Assembly: GCA_963719085.1 (NCBI GenBank)
Contig: CAVRAL010000004.1
Location: 150,504-214,503 of the forward strand
Direction of reading: 5' to 3'
Length of the DNA stretch: 64,000 nt
Origin: a candidate division FCPU426 bacterium
GTDB taxonomy: Bacteria > Oederibacteriota > Muellerivitia > Muellerivitales > Muellerivitaceae
This document shows positions 10,261 through 20,367 of the stretch, piece after piece; the stretch's first letter is position 1, and every line of letters starts with the position of its first letter. Position numbers and translations under genes: made by a program. The notes under the pieces were generated by a model that made no database searches, was not told where the DNA came from, and saw only the letters and a list, made by a program, of their open reading frames with translations.

Positions 10261-11556
10261 TTAGTTGGTTTGGGGTGGATTTTTATCAAGTTCGGACCTG
10301 AGGCTGTCCATGGCTTCCTTGGCCGTCTCGGTGCCGTTCCAAACCCGGTCCAGCTCCGGACCCATAATGCTGTCATGCACCTCAAACCAGTTTTTGCACA
10401 TGGGGTTGTACTTCACATATTGCATGGCGTCCAAAATCATTTTTTTGTTTTGGGGATCCTGCCCGTTCAAGAAGGTCGGCGAATTGGCCACGCTCATGAT
10501 GGCGGGCTGGGCCAATCCGGTGGCGGCCAAAGCCTGGGCGCCTTCGGCTCCGGAGATGTATTTCACCAGCTCCCAAGCCTCTTGCTTGTGTTTACAGCTC
10601 TTCAAGATGCCGTAGCCCGAGCCGCCGGTGGAAAAGCCGCGGTAGCCCTCGGGGTTTTTCGGGAACATGACCACGTCCCATTTGAAGTCCTTGATTTCGC
10701 TGAACTGGGGCACTTTCCAGAGTCCGGAGAAATACATGGCCGCGGAGCCGTTCTCGAACATATCGGCCGTACCCACGCCACCCATGGCCGCCAAACCGGC
10801 GGGCTGAGGCATGACTTTATATTTGTTCATCAGGTCGGAGCGGAATTGGATGCCCCGAAGCGAGTTGGAATCGGTGGCGAAGGTCCACTTGGTGGGCTTC
10901 TTCACGTCGTCGGCGAAACTGCCGCCCGCGTCATAAACCCAGGCGTCCCAGATGGGCCACTCGTCGATGAATCCCCAGCGGGTGACTTTGCCGGAAGCAT
11001 CGGTTTTCATGACCCGCTTGGCGTCCAAAACAAAATCATTCCAGTCCCAGTTATCGGTGGGATAAGCCACATGGGCCTCGTCAAAGGCCTTCTTGTTGTA
11101 ATAAATCACCGCGATGGGCGCGGTGTCGCGGGGGATGACATAGGTGTTTCCGTCGGCCGTGAAGCGGTCAACAACCGCGGGATAGTAGTCGGCCAGGCTG
11201 AAATTATCCTTCTGCATAAAAGGCGTCAAAGGCTCCAAGGCGCCGCGCAGGTAAAGGTCGGTGAAATTATTGACTTCCACGAAAATGACGTCCGGCGCGA
11301 TACCGCCCACCACTTCGGTCAACAATTTCGGGACATACTGGCTGAAAGGAATGCGTTCCAATTGGACATGGATGCCGGGATGGGTTTTCTCAAACTCGGC
11401 GATCAGATTAACGAGGATGACGTTTTCTTGAAGGTCGCCCCAAGAGGATATCTTGATGGTGGTTCCGTCTTCTTTGGACCCGCATCCATTCAAACCAAGA
11501 AACGATATAACGCTAAAACACGCGAGGACCAACATCGACAGACGAAAGTTTCTCAC
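10261..11556 (-). CDS. Extracellular solute-binding lipoprotein (sugar ABC, SBP family 1)
   Basis: GTG start at 11556, with AGGAGG 7 nt upstream. Lipobox LGLNGCGS. SBP_bac_1-like fold. First gene of the SBP-permease-permease operon. Confidence 0.8.
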   Translation of the reverse strand: MRNFRLSMLVLACFSVISFLGLNGCGSKEDGTTIKISSWGDLQENVILVNLIAEFEKTHPGIHVQLERIPFSQYVPKLLTEVVGGIAPDVIFVEVNNFTDLYLRGALEPLTPFMQKDNFSLADYYPAVVDRFTADGNTYVIPRDTAPIAVIYYNKKAFDEAHVAYPTDNWDWNDFVLDAKRVMKTDASGKVTRWGFIDEWPIWDAWVYDAGGSFADDVKKPTKWTFATDSNSLRGIQFRSDLMNKYKVMPQPAGLAAMGGVGTADMFENGSAAMYFSGLWKVPQFSEIKDFKWDVVMFPKNPEGYRGFSTGGSGYGILKSCKHKQEAWELVKYISGAEGAQALAATGLAQPAIMSVANSPTFLNGQDPQNKKMILDAMQYVKYNPMCKNWFEVHDSIMGPELDRVWNGTETAKEAMDSLRSELDKNPPQTN

Positions 11557-11764
11557 AAAACCTCCTGAAGCCGTCCAATTTGGGAATCTTTTTTAGAAAA
11601 CCGCGGAGAAATACTGGAAAACCGAATAAGTATGTCACAGGGCCCAGGGAGCGTCAACGTGAAAAAAACCAAAAGCCCTCCCGGCTCAAATTTTCAACCC
11701 GAACGCTGGCCCCAAGGTTAAAATCCCCCTCCTAAACAACTTTAAGTCCTTCGGAGGAATCAAA

Positions 11765-13996
11765 ATGGCGGCCCAATCCAGGGTGTTCTTTTTGCTTTTA
11801 TTTCTAAGCCTCTCGCGGACCACCGCTTGGGCGGCTCCCCTTTCCGACGCGGCGCTGGACAATAAAGTGAACGCCCTCTTGGGCAAAATGACCCTGGCGG
11901 AAAAAATCGGCCAGATGGTTCAATATAACAACTGGGCCACCGCCTCGGTGGAGGCCCAGACGGACATCGCCCAGGGCAAGGTCGGCTCCTTCCTCAATAC
12001 GGTGGGCGCCAAACAAATCAATGAGCTTCAAAAAATCGCCGTGGAACAATCCCGCCTCCATATCCCCATGCTTTTTGGATTGGACGTGATCCACGGCTAC
12101 AAAACCATCTTCCCCATTCCCTTGGCCGAGGATTGCGCTTGGAATCCGGACCTGCTGGAACAATGCGAGGGCGTGGCCGCCCATGAATCCGCCGCCGCCG
12201 GCATCCGCTGGACCTTCGCGCCCATGGTGGATGTGACCCGGGAGCCGCGCTGGGGCCGCATCGCCGAAGGCTCGGGCGAGGATCCTTTTTTGGGCTCGAT
12301 CTTGGCCGCCGCCCGGGTGAAAGGCTTCCAAGGCGCCTCGCTTTCGGATCCGGGCTCGATCGCCGCCTGCGCCAAACATTACGTGGGTTACGGCGCGGTT
12401 GAGGCGGGGCGGGAATATAACACCACCGACATGTCCGAAGTGACCTTGCGGGACATCCACCTGCCGCCCTTTAAAGCCGCCGCCGACGCCGGTGCGCGCA
12501 CCTTTATGAGCGCCTTCAACGACCTTAACGGCGTTCCCGCTTCCGGAAATGTTTACACCCTGCGGGGCATCCTCAAAGGCGAGTGGGGGTTTAAAGGTTT
12601 CGTGGTTTCGGATTGGGATTCGGTGGCCGAATTGGTCACCCACGGCTACGCGGCGGATGACAAAGACGCGGCCCGGAAAGGCCTCTTGGCCGGCGTGGAT
12701 ATGGACATGCACAGCAAGGTGTACAGCCAATATTTGGCCCAACTGGTGCAGGAGAAAAAAATTCCGGTCGCCCTCATTAACGACGCCGCCCGGCGTATTT
12801 TAAAGGTCAAGTTTGAGCTGGGTCTTTTCGAACACCCCTACGCGGATGAAAGCGCGGAAGACGCCGCCATGATGACCGACGCGAACCGGGCCCTGGCCCT
12901 TCAGGAAGCCCAACAGTCCATTGTGCTTCTTAAAAACGATAAAAATCTTTTGCCGCTGGGCAAAGACTTAAAAACCATCGCCGTCATCGGTACCCTGGCC
13001 GATTCCAAGATCGACCCCTTGGGTCCCTGGCATTGCCAAGGTGAAAAAGTTCAAGACCAAGTCATCACCGTATTAAAAGGAATCCAGGACAAACTAGGCG
13101 CTTCCACTCGTGTGCTTTACGCCCCCGGCGTGGACGTGACCCAAGCGGACGCGCCCCAATCGTTGATTGACCAGGCGGTCAACACGGCTAAACAAGCCCA
13201 AGTGGCGATTGTGGTGGCAGGCGAAAGGCAATCCATGAGCGGCGAGGCCGAAAGCCGCACCTCGCTGGATTTGCCGGGCCGGCAGGAAGAAATGATTGAG
13301 CAAATCGAAAAGACCGGCGTCCCTGTGGTGCTCGTCTTGATGAACGGCCGTCCCTTGACGATTCCCTGGGAAGCCGATCACTTGCCCGCGATCGTGGAAA
13401 GCTGGTTTTTAGGCGTGGAACAAGGCGCGGCCGTGGCCGATGTGCTCTTCGGCGACGCGGTGCCTTGCGGCAAATTGGCCGTCACCTTCCCCCGTAATTT
13501 GGGCCAGGTCCCGATTTATTACGCCCACCGCAACACGGGCCGTCCTTATAAAGGAGATCCCAACAACAAGTGGTGCTCCAAATACATCGACTCGCCCAAC
13601 ACACCCCAGTTTCCTTTCGGGTATGGCTTAAGCTACACGACTTTTGACTATTCCAATTTGGTTTTAAGCTCAGGAACTTTGGGATTGAAGGGGACGCTCA
13701 AAATAACCGCCGATGTCAAAAACAGCGGCGCCCAAGCCGGCGTTGAGATTGTCCAGCTTTATATCCAGGACAAAACAGCCAGCATCACCCAGCCGGTCAA
13801 ACGATTGGTGGACTTTAAACGGGTGGAACTAAAACCAGGTGAGACACAAACGATCGAGTTTGACCTGCCGGCCTCAAAACTGGGATTCTCGAATGAAAAA
13901 GGAAAAACCGTGGTGGAACCGGGCTCGTTCGGCCTGTGGGTGGCCCGGGATTCGGCGGATGAGACCCTGGCCGGGAGCTTTACGTTAGTCCCCTAG
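11765..13996 (+). CDS. bglX: Periplasmic beta-glucosidase, glycoside hydrolase family 3
   Basis: Signal peptide. GH3 N-terminal domain (GFVVSDWDSV with nucleophile Asp), C-terminal domain and fibronectin-like domain. ATG with a GGAGG ribosome-binding site. Confidence 0.9.
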   Translation: MAAQSRVFFLLLFLSLSRTTAWAAPLSDAALDNKVNALLGKMTLAEKIGQMVQYNNWATASVEAQTDIAQGKVGSFLNTVGAKQINELQKIAVEQSRLHIPMLFGLDVIHGYKTIFPIPLAEDCAWNPDLLEQCEGVAAHESAAAGIRWTFAPMVDVTREPRWGRIAEGSGEDPFLGSILAAARVKGFQGASLSDPGSIAACAKHYVGYGAVEAGREYNTTDMSEVTLRDIHLPPFKAAADAGARTFMSAFNDLNGVPASGNVYTLRGILKGEWGFKGFVVSDWDSVAELVTHGYAADDKDAARKGLLAGVDMDMHSKVYSQYLAQLVQEKKIPVALINDAARRILKVKFELGLFEHPYADESAEDAAMMTDANRALALQEAQQSIVLLKNDKNLLPLGKDLKTIAVIGTLADSKIDPLGPWHCQGEKVQDQVITVLKGIQDKLGASTRVLYAPGVDVTQADAPQSLIDQAVNTAKQAQVAIVVAGERQSMSGEAESRTSLDLPGRQEEMIEQIEKTGVPVVLVLMNGRPLTIPWEADHLPAIVESWFLGVEQGAAVADVLFGDAVPCGKLAVTFPRNLGQVPIYYAHRNTGRPYKGDPNNKWCSKYIDSPNTPQFPFGYGLSYTTFDYSNLVLSSGTLGLKGTLKITADVKNSGAQAGVEIVQLYIQDKTASITQPVKRLVDFKRVELKPGETQTIEFDLPASKLGFSNEKGKTVVEPGSFGLWVARDSADETLAGSFTLVP

Positions 13997-14023
13997 GAGG
14001 CCGATGCTTGGCAACCGATTGGG

Positions 14024-14090
14024 TTAAAATCCCCTCTCCCCCGCTTGTCCCCTTGCGGGATCGAGGGAGAGCGCCAGGGCGAGGGGTAAA
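14024..14090. terminator. GC-rich dyad-symmetry region between convergent genes (putative terminator)
   Basis: cccctc...gagggg outer stem with inner ccgc/gcgg pairing, flanked by A-rich runs. Sits between the bglX stop (13996) and the GT-C gene stop (14100). Weak T-run, so low confidence. Confidence 0.25.
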
Positions 14091-14099
14091 AATTAAGAG

Positions 14100-16859
14100 T
14101 TACTGAAAAACTTCCGCCGGAACGACGGCAAAATTATTGTCACCCGGCAGGGACCAAAGCAAGGAAATGGACGAATAACCATCCGAGCGGTAATAAATTT
14201 TAATCGAGTGGCGGCCCGGCAATAAATCCACGATTCCCGATCCATAACGTTCCAAGGGGATCACATCCTGGCCATCCACCACCAGCCGGCCCTGGTCGCT
14301 GGGGTCCATCGCCAGCATAAAATGGTAAAATCCGCTTTTCGTGATCCGAAGCGATCCTTCCCAGGAAGCCGATCCGCCCCGGACGGAAAAATCATTTCCA
14401 TTGGTGTAGTTCAACAAGGGTTCCTGTTGTCCCAAAATGGGTTTGCCGCTCCAATCATCGCTGTCAAAATATTTGGCCAATAAGCCTAAGGGCACTTGCA
14501 CGGGCGTGGCGTTATCCGCGTCCAATGGAACATGGATGCCGTTATCCCCGACCAATTCCAGCCTGAGCGGCGCCGCTCCCGCCGTCCGGTTCCAGCTCAC
14601 CTGGATCGGGACATAACCCGCCGTCAAAGCCGCCGCGCCCAGCACCGGGACGCCGTTGGCCTTCCAAGAAACCGTTCCATCCGAATGATTGACCAACCGG
14701 TACTTTCCCTGCACCCCGACAAAGAGGCTTCCGGTGAAAGAGGCGCGCACGGGTCCATTGGGAATCCCTTGGGGGAATTGATTCAACAGCGTCACCGCTC
14801 CCCCGTTGAACTGGGCCTTAAGTCCCTTGCACCGCGCCCACTCGGAAGCGGGCACCTCGAAGAAATAAAGGAAGGGTCGGCCGGTCGGGTCGAGCTGTTC
14901 CGTGACCTTGCCTTGCGGGTAAAGATTTTGGAGCGCTTCTAAAATTCCGGCCCGGCCCGCGTCAAAGCCGTAAAAAAGCCCGTGGTCGCCGGGAACGCTC
15001 AGCGGCATCAAGGAGTCCGGAAGTTTAAACGGCTTCAATTCCGGGAGGCATTGGTAGGCGTAAAAATTAACCGAGTAATGATTGTAATAACGCGGGGAGA
15101 TGAAGGACGCGTAGCCCGGCCCCTTTTCGCCGATGGCTTTGCCGAGCGAGGATTCGGTAATGGAATACTCGGACCAACAAGCGTAATTGGTCCCCTGCAT
15201 ATTGAAGTAAACGTTGAAATTTTCCACCGTCATAAAGATCAGGGCCAGTCCCAAAAGCGCCAAGAAAACCCTTTCGCCTATTTTCCCCGCCCAGGCCTGG
15301 GCCTGGCCCCAAAGCGCCGACAGGGGCGCCGCGATCAAAAACGCGATGAAAGGCGTCATGCCCAGCATGCGGTTGGCGTGGGCCGCGTCGATGGAAAAAA
15401 TACAAGGAATACTCATGACGAAAAAACCCACCACGGCGTAAAAATACCCGCGCTCTCGCGCGCGCGCCAAGGCGTAAACCAAGCCTAAGATGAGCAGCAC
15501 GCCCGAAACGTCATCCAACATGCGGTAGTCCTGCAGGTTGTGGCGGGGATTGGGGTCGCCCTGGCGGTTGAACATCAAGGCCGTTTTATCCAGCACGTTG
15601 AAGAAAGGCTGCAAGCTATGCGCGGCCTTCAATTGGGGCACGATGGAAAGTTCGGACTCCCGGGTGCCCATATTGTGGGTGGCCACCATGTCGTACCAAA
15701 CCGGGCCCGTCAGGGCCAAGGCTAACCCTAGGAAAAGCAGGATGTTCTTGGCGTTTTTCAACAGCGCCTTGCGGTTGGTGGCGATCTCATAAATCGCGTA
15801 CGGAATTAGAAGAACCGGGAAAACCTTGAAGGCCTGATAGGTATAGAAGCCCGCCGTGAAAAAAAGCGAGGACACCACAAAAGACCAACGTTTGTTTTGC
15901 TTCAAGCCGTAGATCAGAAAGGCCAGCGTCCCAAACATGTAAAAAGGCACCTGGACCGTGGGAAAGGCGTTGCGGCTGAAATTAATGTTCCAGCGCATGA
16001 CCGCCAAAACGAAAAGCGAAAGCAGGGCCATCCGGGGCCCGGCCAACTGCCGGAAGGTCCAATAGATCAGGGGGAAGGTGGCCATGACCATCAGCACGAA
16101 AAAAAGCTTCAGGGTGAAATCGGAAGCGCCCACCACGGCAAAAAAAGCCGCGATCTGGTAAAGCACCAGGGCGTAATTATGGTAGATATCCTCAACATAA
16201 AAGGGATGCCAGCCCTCATGCAAAATCCGAAGCGCGGAATAACCCTCGTAGCCTTGGTCGATAAAAAGCCCCGCGGGGAAATGGTTCAATTGGTAAACCC
16301 GCATAAACAGGGCGACCGCCATGACAACCCAGAAAATTATTTTTTCTTTGGTCAATACCCAGCCGGACTCGGCGGGTCCCGGCTTAAACCAAGGCCCTAA
16401 AGCGCCGAGCCAAAGCAAAACCGCCCCCAGATAATAAAAAGCGCCGATAACCAGCGTGACCGGCCTCGCGGCCTGGATCCAATAGATCTGTCCCATCACG
16501 GCCAGCATCAAAGCCGCCAAAAGGGCCAAGAGCCGGTAAAAATCCATGGCGCTAAAGAGCGGTTTGGAAACGTCCCACTTGAAGGCGGATTTGGATCCTT
16601 TGGTTTCGGAGGTTTTCGATCTTACGGCCCCGGCCTTTGTTGGCTTGAAATTAATCCGGGGGTTAAACAAATCAAAGAACCCCGCCAGCCAGATGAGGGC
16701 GACGAAAAGGGAAATCACCATGCCCAACACCGCGCTTCCCTTCAAACAAAGAACTTGCGCCGCCAGAAACAGGACCGCTAGCAAAGCAGTCCCCAGGGGG
16801 CTGGTAATGGGATTGGCGCTCTTTGAACTATTTTTGTTCCGCGGTTTGGAAGAAGCCAT
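14100..16859 (-). CDS. Membrane GT-C glycosyltransferase (PMT/ArnT-like, GT39/GT83 type) fused to a C-terminal PA14 carbohydrate-binding domain
   Basis: About 12 predicted TM helices with aromatic-rich loops in the N-terminal 550 aa. The C-terminal 130 aa (WSGKPILGQQ...GSASWEGSLRITKSGFYHFMLAMDPSDQGRLVVDG...YYRSDGYSSISLLW) matches the PA14/GLEYA fold. ATG and an AGGAG ribosome-binding site confirmed. Confidence 0.7.
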   Translation of the reverse strand: MASSKPRNKNSSKSANPITSPLGTALLAVLFLAAQVLCLKGSAVLGMVISLFVALIWLAGFFDLFNPRINFKPTKAGAVRSKTSETKGSKSAFKWDVSKPLFSAMDFYRLLALLAALMLAVMGQIYWIQAARPVTLVIGAFYYLGAVLLWLGALGPWFKPGPAESGWVLTKEKIIFWVVMAVALFMRVYQLNHFPAGLFIDQGYEGYSALRILHEGWHPFYVEDIYHNYALVLYQIAAFFAVVGASDFTLKLFFVLMVMATFPLIYWTFRQLAGPRMALLSLFVLAVMRWNINFSRNAFPTVQVPFYMFGTLAFLIYGLKQNKRWSFVVSSLFFTAGFYTYQAFKVFPVLLIPYAIYEIATNRKALLKNAKNILLFLGLALALTGPVWYDMVATHNMGTRESELSIVPQLKAAHSLQPFFNVLDKTALMFNRQGDPNPRHNLQDYRMLDDVSGVLLILGLVYALARARERGYFYAVVGFFVMSIPCIFSIDAAHANRMLGMTPFIAFLIAAPLSALWGQAQAWAGKIGERVFLALLGLALIFMTVENFNVYFNMQGTNYACWSEYSITESSLGKAIGEKGPGYASFISPRYYNHYSVNFYAYQCLPELKPFKLPDSLMPLSVPGDHGLFYGFDAGRAGILEALQNLYPQGKVTEQLDPTGRPFLYFFEVPASEWARCKGLKAQFNGGAVTLLNQFPQGIPNGPVRASFTGSLFVGVQGKYRLVNHSDGTVSWKANGVPVLGAAALTAGYVPIQVSWNRTAGAAPLRLELVGDNGIHVPLDADNATPVQVPLGLLAKYFDSDDWSGKPILGQQEPLLNYTNGNDFSVRGGSASWEGSLRITKSGFYHFMLAMDPSDQGRLVVDGQDVIPLERYGSGIVDLLPGRHSIKIYYRSDGYSSISLLWSLPGDNNFAVVPAEVFQ

Positions 16860-16900
16860 TTCATCTCCTTAAGAAGGGGTTTAAAACACTCAACCTCGGA

Positions 16901-17623
16901 TTAACGCGCGGACTCAAACCCTTTGAGCCGCAAAGCCAAGGCCCTTCCCAGGTATTTTAAAAGCGTGGAAAGGCCCAGTTTGGATTCGCCTTGGGTGCGG
17001 TCGATGAACTCGATGGGGGATTCCTGAATCCGGAGCTTCGCTTGGGTGCATCGGAATAAAATCTCAGAAACCGTGAAGGGGCCCCGGGCGTTGAGGGTTT
17101 TCACTTTAATCCGGCGCAGCGCTTCCTTGGAAAAGGCGCGGAACCCCGAAGTGGGGTCTTTGGGCTTCAGCCCTAAAACCAGCTTGAGATAGTAGCGCGC
17201 GAAATTACTGGTCATCTGCCGGTGGAAGGGGCGGTCCATGTCTTTTCCGCCGGGCATATAGCGGCTTCCAATGACCACATCGGCTTTCCCGGATAAAATC
17301 GGGGCGACTAAGTTTTTAATGAATTTCGGCTGATGGGAAAGATCGGCGTCCATCTCCACCACCACGTCCGCGCCCATGGACAAGGCCTTTACGAACCCAT
17401 CCCGGCCCGCCCAACCCCGGCCCTTGATCTCGCGGCCGCGAAGAAGCAGATGAAGTTTTTTGTCTTTTTTGGCCAGCTTGCGCACTTCCACAAAAGTCTC
17501 ATCGGGCGAGGAATCGTCCACCACCAGCACCTGGACTTGGGGGGCGTCCTTGCGGAAAAGCTTCATCAAGGGGGCGATATTTTTTCTTTCGTTATAGGTG
17601 GGCACCATGGCGATGACTTTCAT
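16901..17623 (-). CDS. Polyprenyl-phosphate mannose/glucose synthase (Dpm1/ArnC-like GT2)
   Basis: VPTYNE, DDSSPD and MDADLSH (DXD) motifs of dolichyl/undecaprenyl-phosphate sugar synthases. ATG confirmed. Overlaps the upstream GT9 gene by 4 nt (ATGA). Confidence 0.8.
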   Translation of the reverse strand: MKVIAMVPTYNERKNIAPLMKLFRKDAPQVQVLVVDDSSPDETFVEVRKLAKKDKKLHLLLRGREIKGRGWAGRDGFVKALSMGADVVVEMDADLSHQPKFIKNLVAPILSGKADVVIGSRYMPGGKDMDRPFHRQMTSNFARYYLKLVLGLKPKDPTSGFRAFSKEALRRIKVKTLNARGPFTVSEILFRCTQAKLRIQESPIEFIDRTQGESKLGLSTLLKYLGRALALRLKGFESAR

Positions 17624-18744
17624 GCCAGTTTCAATTGTCTCTCAACGGCGGCCAGCATGTCTTTTTCTTCCAGGTTGTCCATACAGGAAATTTTTTGGGT
17701 GCACTGGTTTTGGTAATAGCATTGGCAGGGCTTGCGGGGCAGCACTTTTTCGCCCCGGCCATAGAGGTCGATTTCCACGTCGGACGTGGGGCCGAAATAG
17801 GCCACCGTTCTTTTTTCCAGAGCGATGGCCACGTGCAGGGCCAGGGTATCCCCGGTCACCATCACGTCCGCCAAACCCACCAGCGAGGCGAATTGGCGCA
17901 GGGTGTTTTCCGTCCCCGTGGGCAGGACCAAACCCTTGAGTTCTTTCGAGAGCGCGGGCATCAGTTCCCGCTCTTCCGGCCCGCCGTAAAGCAGAATGCC
18001 CACCTTGGGATATTTCTTTTTCAGGGCTTTGGCCAGCCAAGCGAAACCGTCCAGGCGCCATCGCTTCATGGGCCAGCGGCCGCCGGAGCCGATGTTGAAA
18101 CCCACGATTTTTTTGAATTTGGACAACTTATTCTTTTGGGCGAATTCCTTGGCCCAAGCCAACTCTTTATTGGTCAAAGCCAATTGCGGCTCTTCGCCCT
18201 GGTAGGTGAGCCCGGCGAGTTTGAAAAGATGGGATTGATAGGTCTTTTGGTTGGCCCGCTTCACCGTATCGAACAAGCCCATCTCGAACCATTCCTCGCC
18301 CGTGGGTTCCAAAGGCACCACCGACCCTTCGGGAGACAATCCAAAACCCTTTTTCACCGAGCTGTTGGCGACGGCCAAAATGGCGGCGGCTTTGCGGCTC
18401 ATGTCAAAATTATAGGCGCGCTTGAAAGTCACCGAAGCCAAGGTGACCGGCAGAATCGCGTCCACGCCCAGCAGCACGTCGATATAGGGGTTTTTTTCTA
18501 AAAGCGGTTTCGAGGAATTTTCGGTGACCCACCAAATGGAAAGCCCCGGGTTGTTTTGTTTATAAGCCGGCAAGATGGAGGTGGAGCGCAAAACGTCGCC
18601 CGCCGCGTCCAGTTTGACGATCAGAAGCCGCTCCTGGACCTGGTCGTAACGGGGACAACCGTCGCACACCACTCCTTCCTGCTTATGGGGCAGGCAGGGT
18701 TTTTCACCCGTGAAGTGGCGGCAATCTTGATGATAAATGAGCAT
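17620..18744 (-). CDS. Glycosyltransferase family 9 (heptosyltransferase-like) with a Cys-rich N-terminal extension
   Basis: GFNIGSGGRWPMKRW, GGPEERE and VTGDTLALHVAIAL motifs of GT9. The N-terminus has C-x-C...CDGC (possible zinc ribbon). ATG confirmed. Confidence 0.7.
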   Translation of the reverse strand: MLIYHQDCRHFTGEKPCLPHKQEGVVCDGCPRYDQVQERLLIVKLDAAGDVLRSTSILPAYKQNNPGLSIWWVTENSSKPLLEKNPYIDVLLGVDAILPVTLASVTFKRAYNFDMSRKAAAILAVANSSVKKGFGLSPEGSVVPLEPTGEEWFEMGLFDTVKRANQKTYQSHLFKLAGLTYQGEEPQLALTNKELAWAKEFAQKNKLSKFKKIVGFNIGSGGRWPMKRWRLDGFAWLAKALKKKYPKVGILLYGGPEERELMPALSKELKGLVLPTGTENTLRQFASLVGLADVMVTGDTLALHVAIALEKRTVAYFGPTSDVEIDLYGRGEKVLPRKPCQCYYQNQCTQKISCMDNLEEKDMLAAVERQLKLA

Positions 18745-18894
18745 TCAGGTCCCAAAAAGAACGGCCGCGTTGAGAGAAAACGGCCTTTTTGAAAAATCAA
18801 ACCGCGCCGGACAAGATATCACTTTCATTCCCCACCGACCAGCGGGATTTGAGAATGGGCGCGGCGCATGGGTTTTTAAGCGGTGAAACGAATC

Positions 18895-19878
18895 TTAATG
18901 ACCCGCCGACACAGGCACCGGATGATAAAAGTCCACTTCCCCGCCCTTGAGGCAGGCTAAGTCGCCGCTGGGCAAAACAGTCAAAGCCCGGACGCCGTCG
19001 ATGTCTTGTCCCTTTTGGGCCGCGTTGGCCAGCGTCCCGATATATTTTCCCATCGGGTTGAAAATCTTCACGAGCCCCGTGTCCCGGAGCGCGGCGTAAA
19101 TATTTCCTTGGGCGTCCAAGGCCACATCGTTCACCGGCAGGCTCTCGTCATCCTGAACGCATTTTCCCTGGGCGTCCAAAACCTTTAAGCCATGCTCGTT
19201 GGCCACATAAATGCGCCCTTGCGCGTCGACCGCGATCGCGACGGGGTTCGATAATTTTTCTTTGCCGCCCGCCCCGTCCCAAGCGCCCAAAATTTCACCC
19301 GAAGGGGAAATCTTCACAACCCGGTGGGTGCCCGTATCGGCCACGATGTAATTGCCGTTCACCCAGCCAAGGCCGCGGGGCCCGAACATGCCCTTGTTGC
19401 CCATGTCCAAAATTCCGGTTGGTTTGCCGGTGGCCACGTTGAAATTGCGGATCATGGCGTTCCAAGTGTCTATCACGTAAAGGCTGTTGGCGCCGTCGGT
19501 GGCCATGCAGGAAATTTCCTTGAAGTCGGGTTTGCCCGCCGCCTTGGTGTCAATCATGCGCTGGTAATGGCCTTGAAGATCGAAGATCAGGATTCTTTCA
19601 CGGGGTTGGTCGGTCAAAGCGATCCAATTGGGACCGGACTTGATGTCCCAAGGAGCGAAGATTCCGCAGGCTTGATCATCACCCTTAAAAGAGCCGGTCA
19701 GCTGGGCCGGATAGTCCCGGGGAATATTAATTTGGCCCTTCATGAAAAACACCGCTTCGCCGCAAAACAAGACGGCGATGAAGAGCACGATCATGATTCC
19801 GATGGCTTTTCTTTTTTGCGCCGTGGACTTGGAAACCGGCTTGGCTTTCTTTTGGGTTTTCTTGGCGGCTTTAGGCAA
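18895..19878 (-). CDS. Membrane-anchored NHL-repeat (six-bladed beta-propeller) protein
   Basis: Lys-rich N-terminal tail, one TM helix, then repeated YVAD/YVAN/GxxxxP NHL blades. The track start is TTG at 19878 (GAGGAG 8 nt upstream). An alternative ATG lies at 19794. Confidence 0.65.
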   Translation of the reverse strand: MPKAAKKTQKKAKPVSKSTAQKRKAIGIMIVLFIAVLFCGEAVFFMKGQINIPRDYPAQLTGSFKGDDQACGIFAPWDIKSGPNWIALTDQPRERILIFDLQGHYQRMIDTKAAGKPDFKEISCMATDGANSLYVIDTWNAMIRNFNVATGKPTGILDMGNKGMFGPRGLGWVNGNYIVADTGTHRVVKISPSGEILGAWDGAGGKEKLSNPVAIAVDAQGRIYVANEHGLKVLDAQGKCVQDDESLPVNDVALDAQGNIYAALRDTGLVKIFNPMGKYIGTLANAAQKGQDIDGVRALTVLPSGDLACLKGGEVDFYHPVPVSAGH

Positions 19879-20025
19879 ATGTGGCTCCTCAACGGGTATT
19901 TATAAAACGTGGGGGTTCAAGATAACATCCGCTGTTCTTTCTGCCAATGAGGAATGAGGGGTTCCGCGGGATCCAAGAAACGCCATTGGTTTAAAAAGGC
20001 TTAAAAACTAGTCTTTTTAAAAGCC

Positions 20026-20250
20026 CTATTGGCCAAGCGGGACGATGGATAAGGCGCCCGAAGGGCACTTCCCGACTTGATCTTTTATTTCCTCAGTCGT
20101 GGCGGCCATCGGCTCAATCCAAGGCCGCTTGGCCGGGTTGAAGACTTGGGGCAAGCCTTGGGCACAGTACCCGCAATGGATGCAAAGCCCCGATTGCCAA
20201 AGCACGTTGATCTCGCCGTTGGAGTAATGTTTTTTCACGTGGCGATCCAT
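20026..20250 (-). CDS. Small divergent 4Fe-4S-type iron-sulfur protein
   Basis: 74 aa with a CIHCGYCAQ...C cysteine cluster. ATG confirmed. Confidence 0.5.
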   Translation of the reverse strand: MDRHVKKHYSNGEINVLWQSGLCIHCGYCAQGLPQVFNPAKRPWIEPMAATTEEIKDQVGKCPSGALSIVPLGQ

Positions 20251-20367
20251 TGAATACCTCCCAGGGGCCAGAAATGAATTCTTAATAGCTCGTGAAATTC
20301 AGGCCGTCGCGTCTGTCGCGGGCATTCAATTCAAATCACAAACCGCCAGAACCAGCGGGCCGCGATT

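Noticed and set aside
10270-11568. 432-aa plus-strand ORF
   Set aside because: Antisense to the sugar-binding lipoprotein gene. No motifs; low-complexity G/H/R-rich.
17635-18501. 288-aa plus-strand ORF and neighbouring ORFs (17598..17939, 17642..18061)
   Set aside because: All lie antisense to, or in alternate frames of, the GT9 gene. His/Gly-rich low-complexity.
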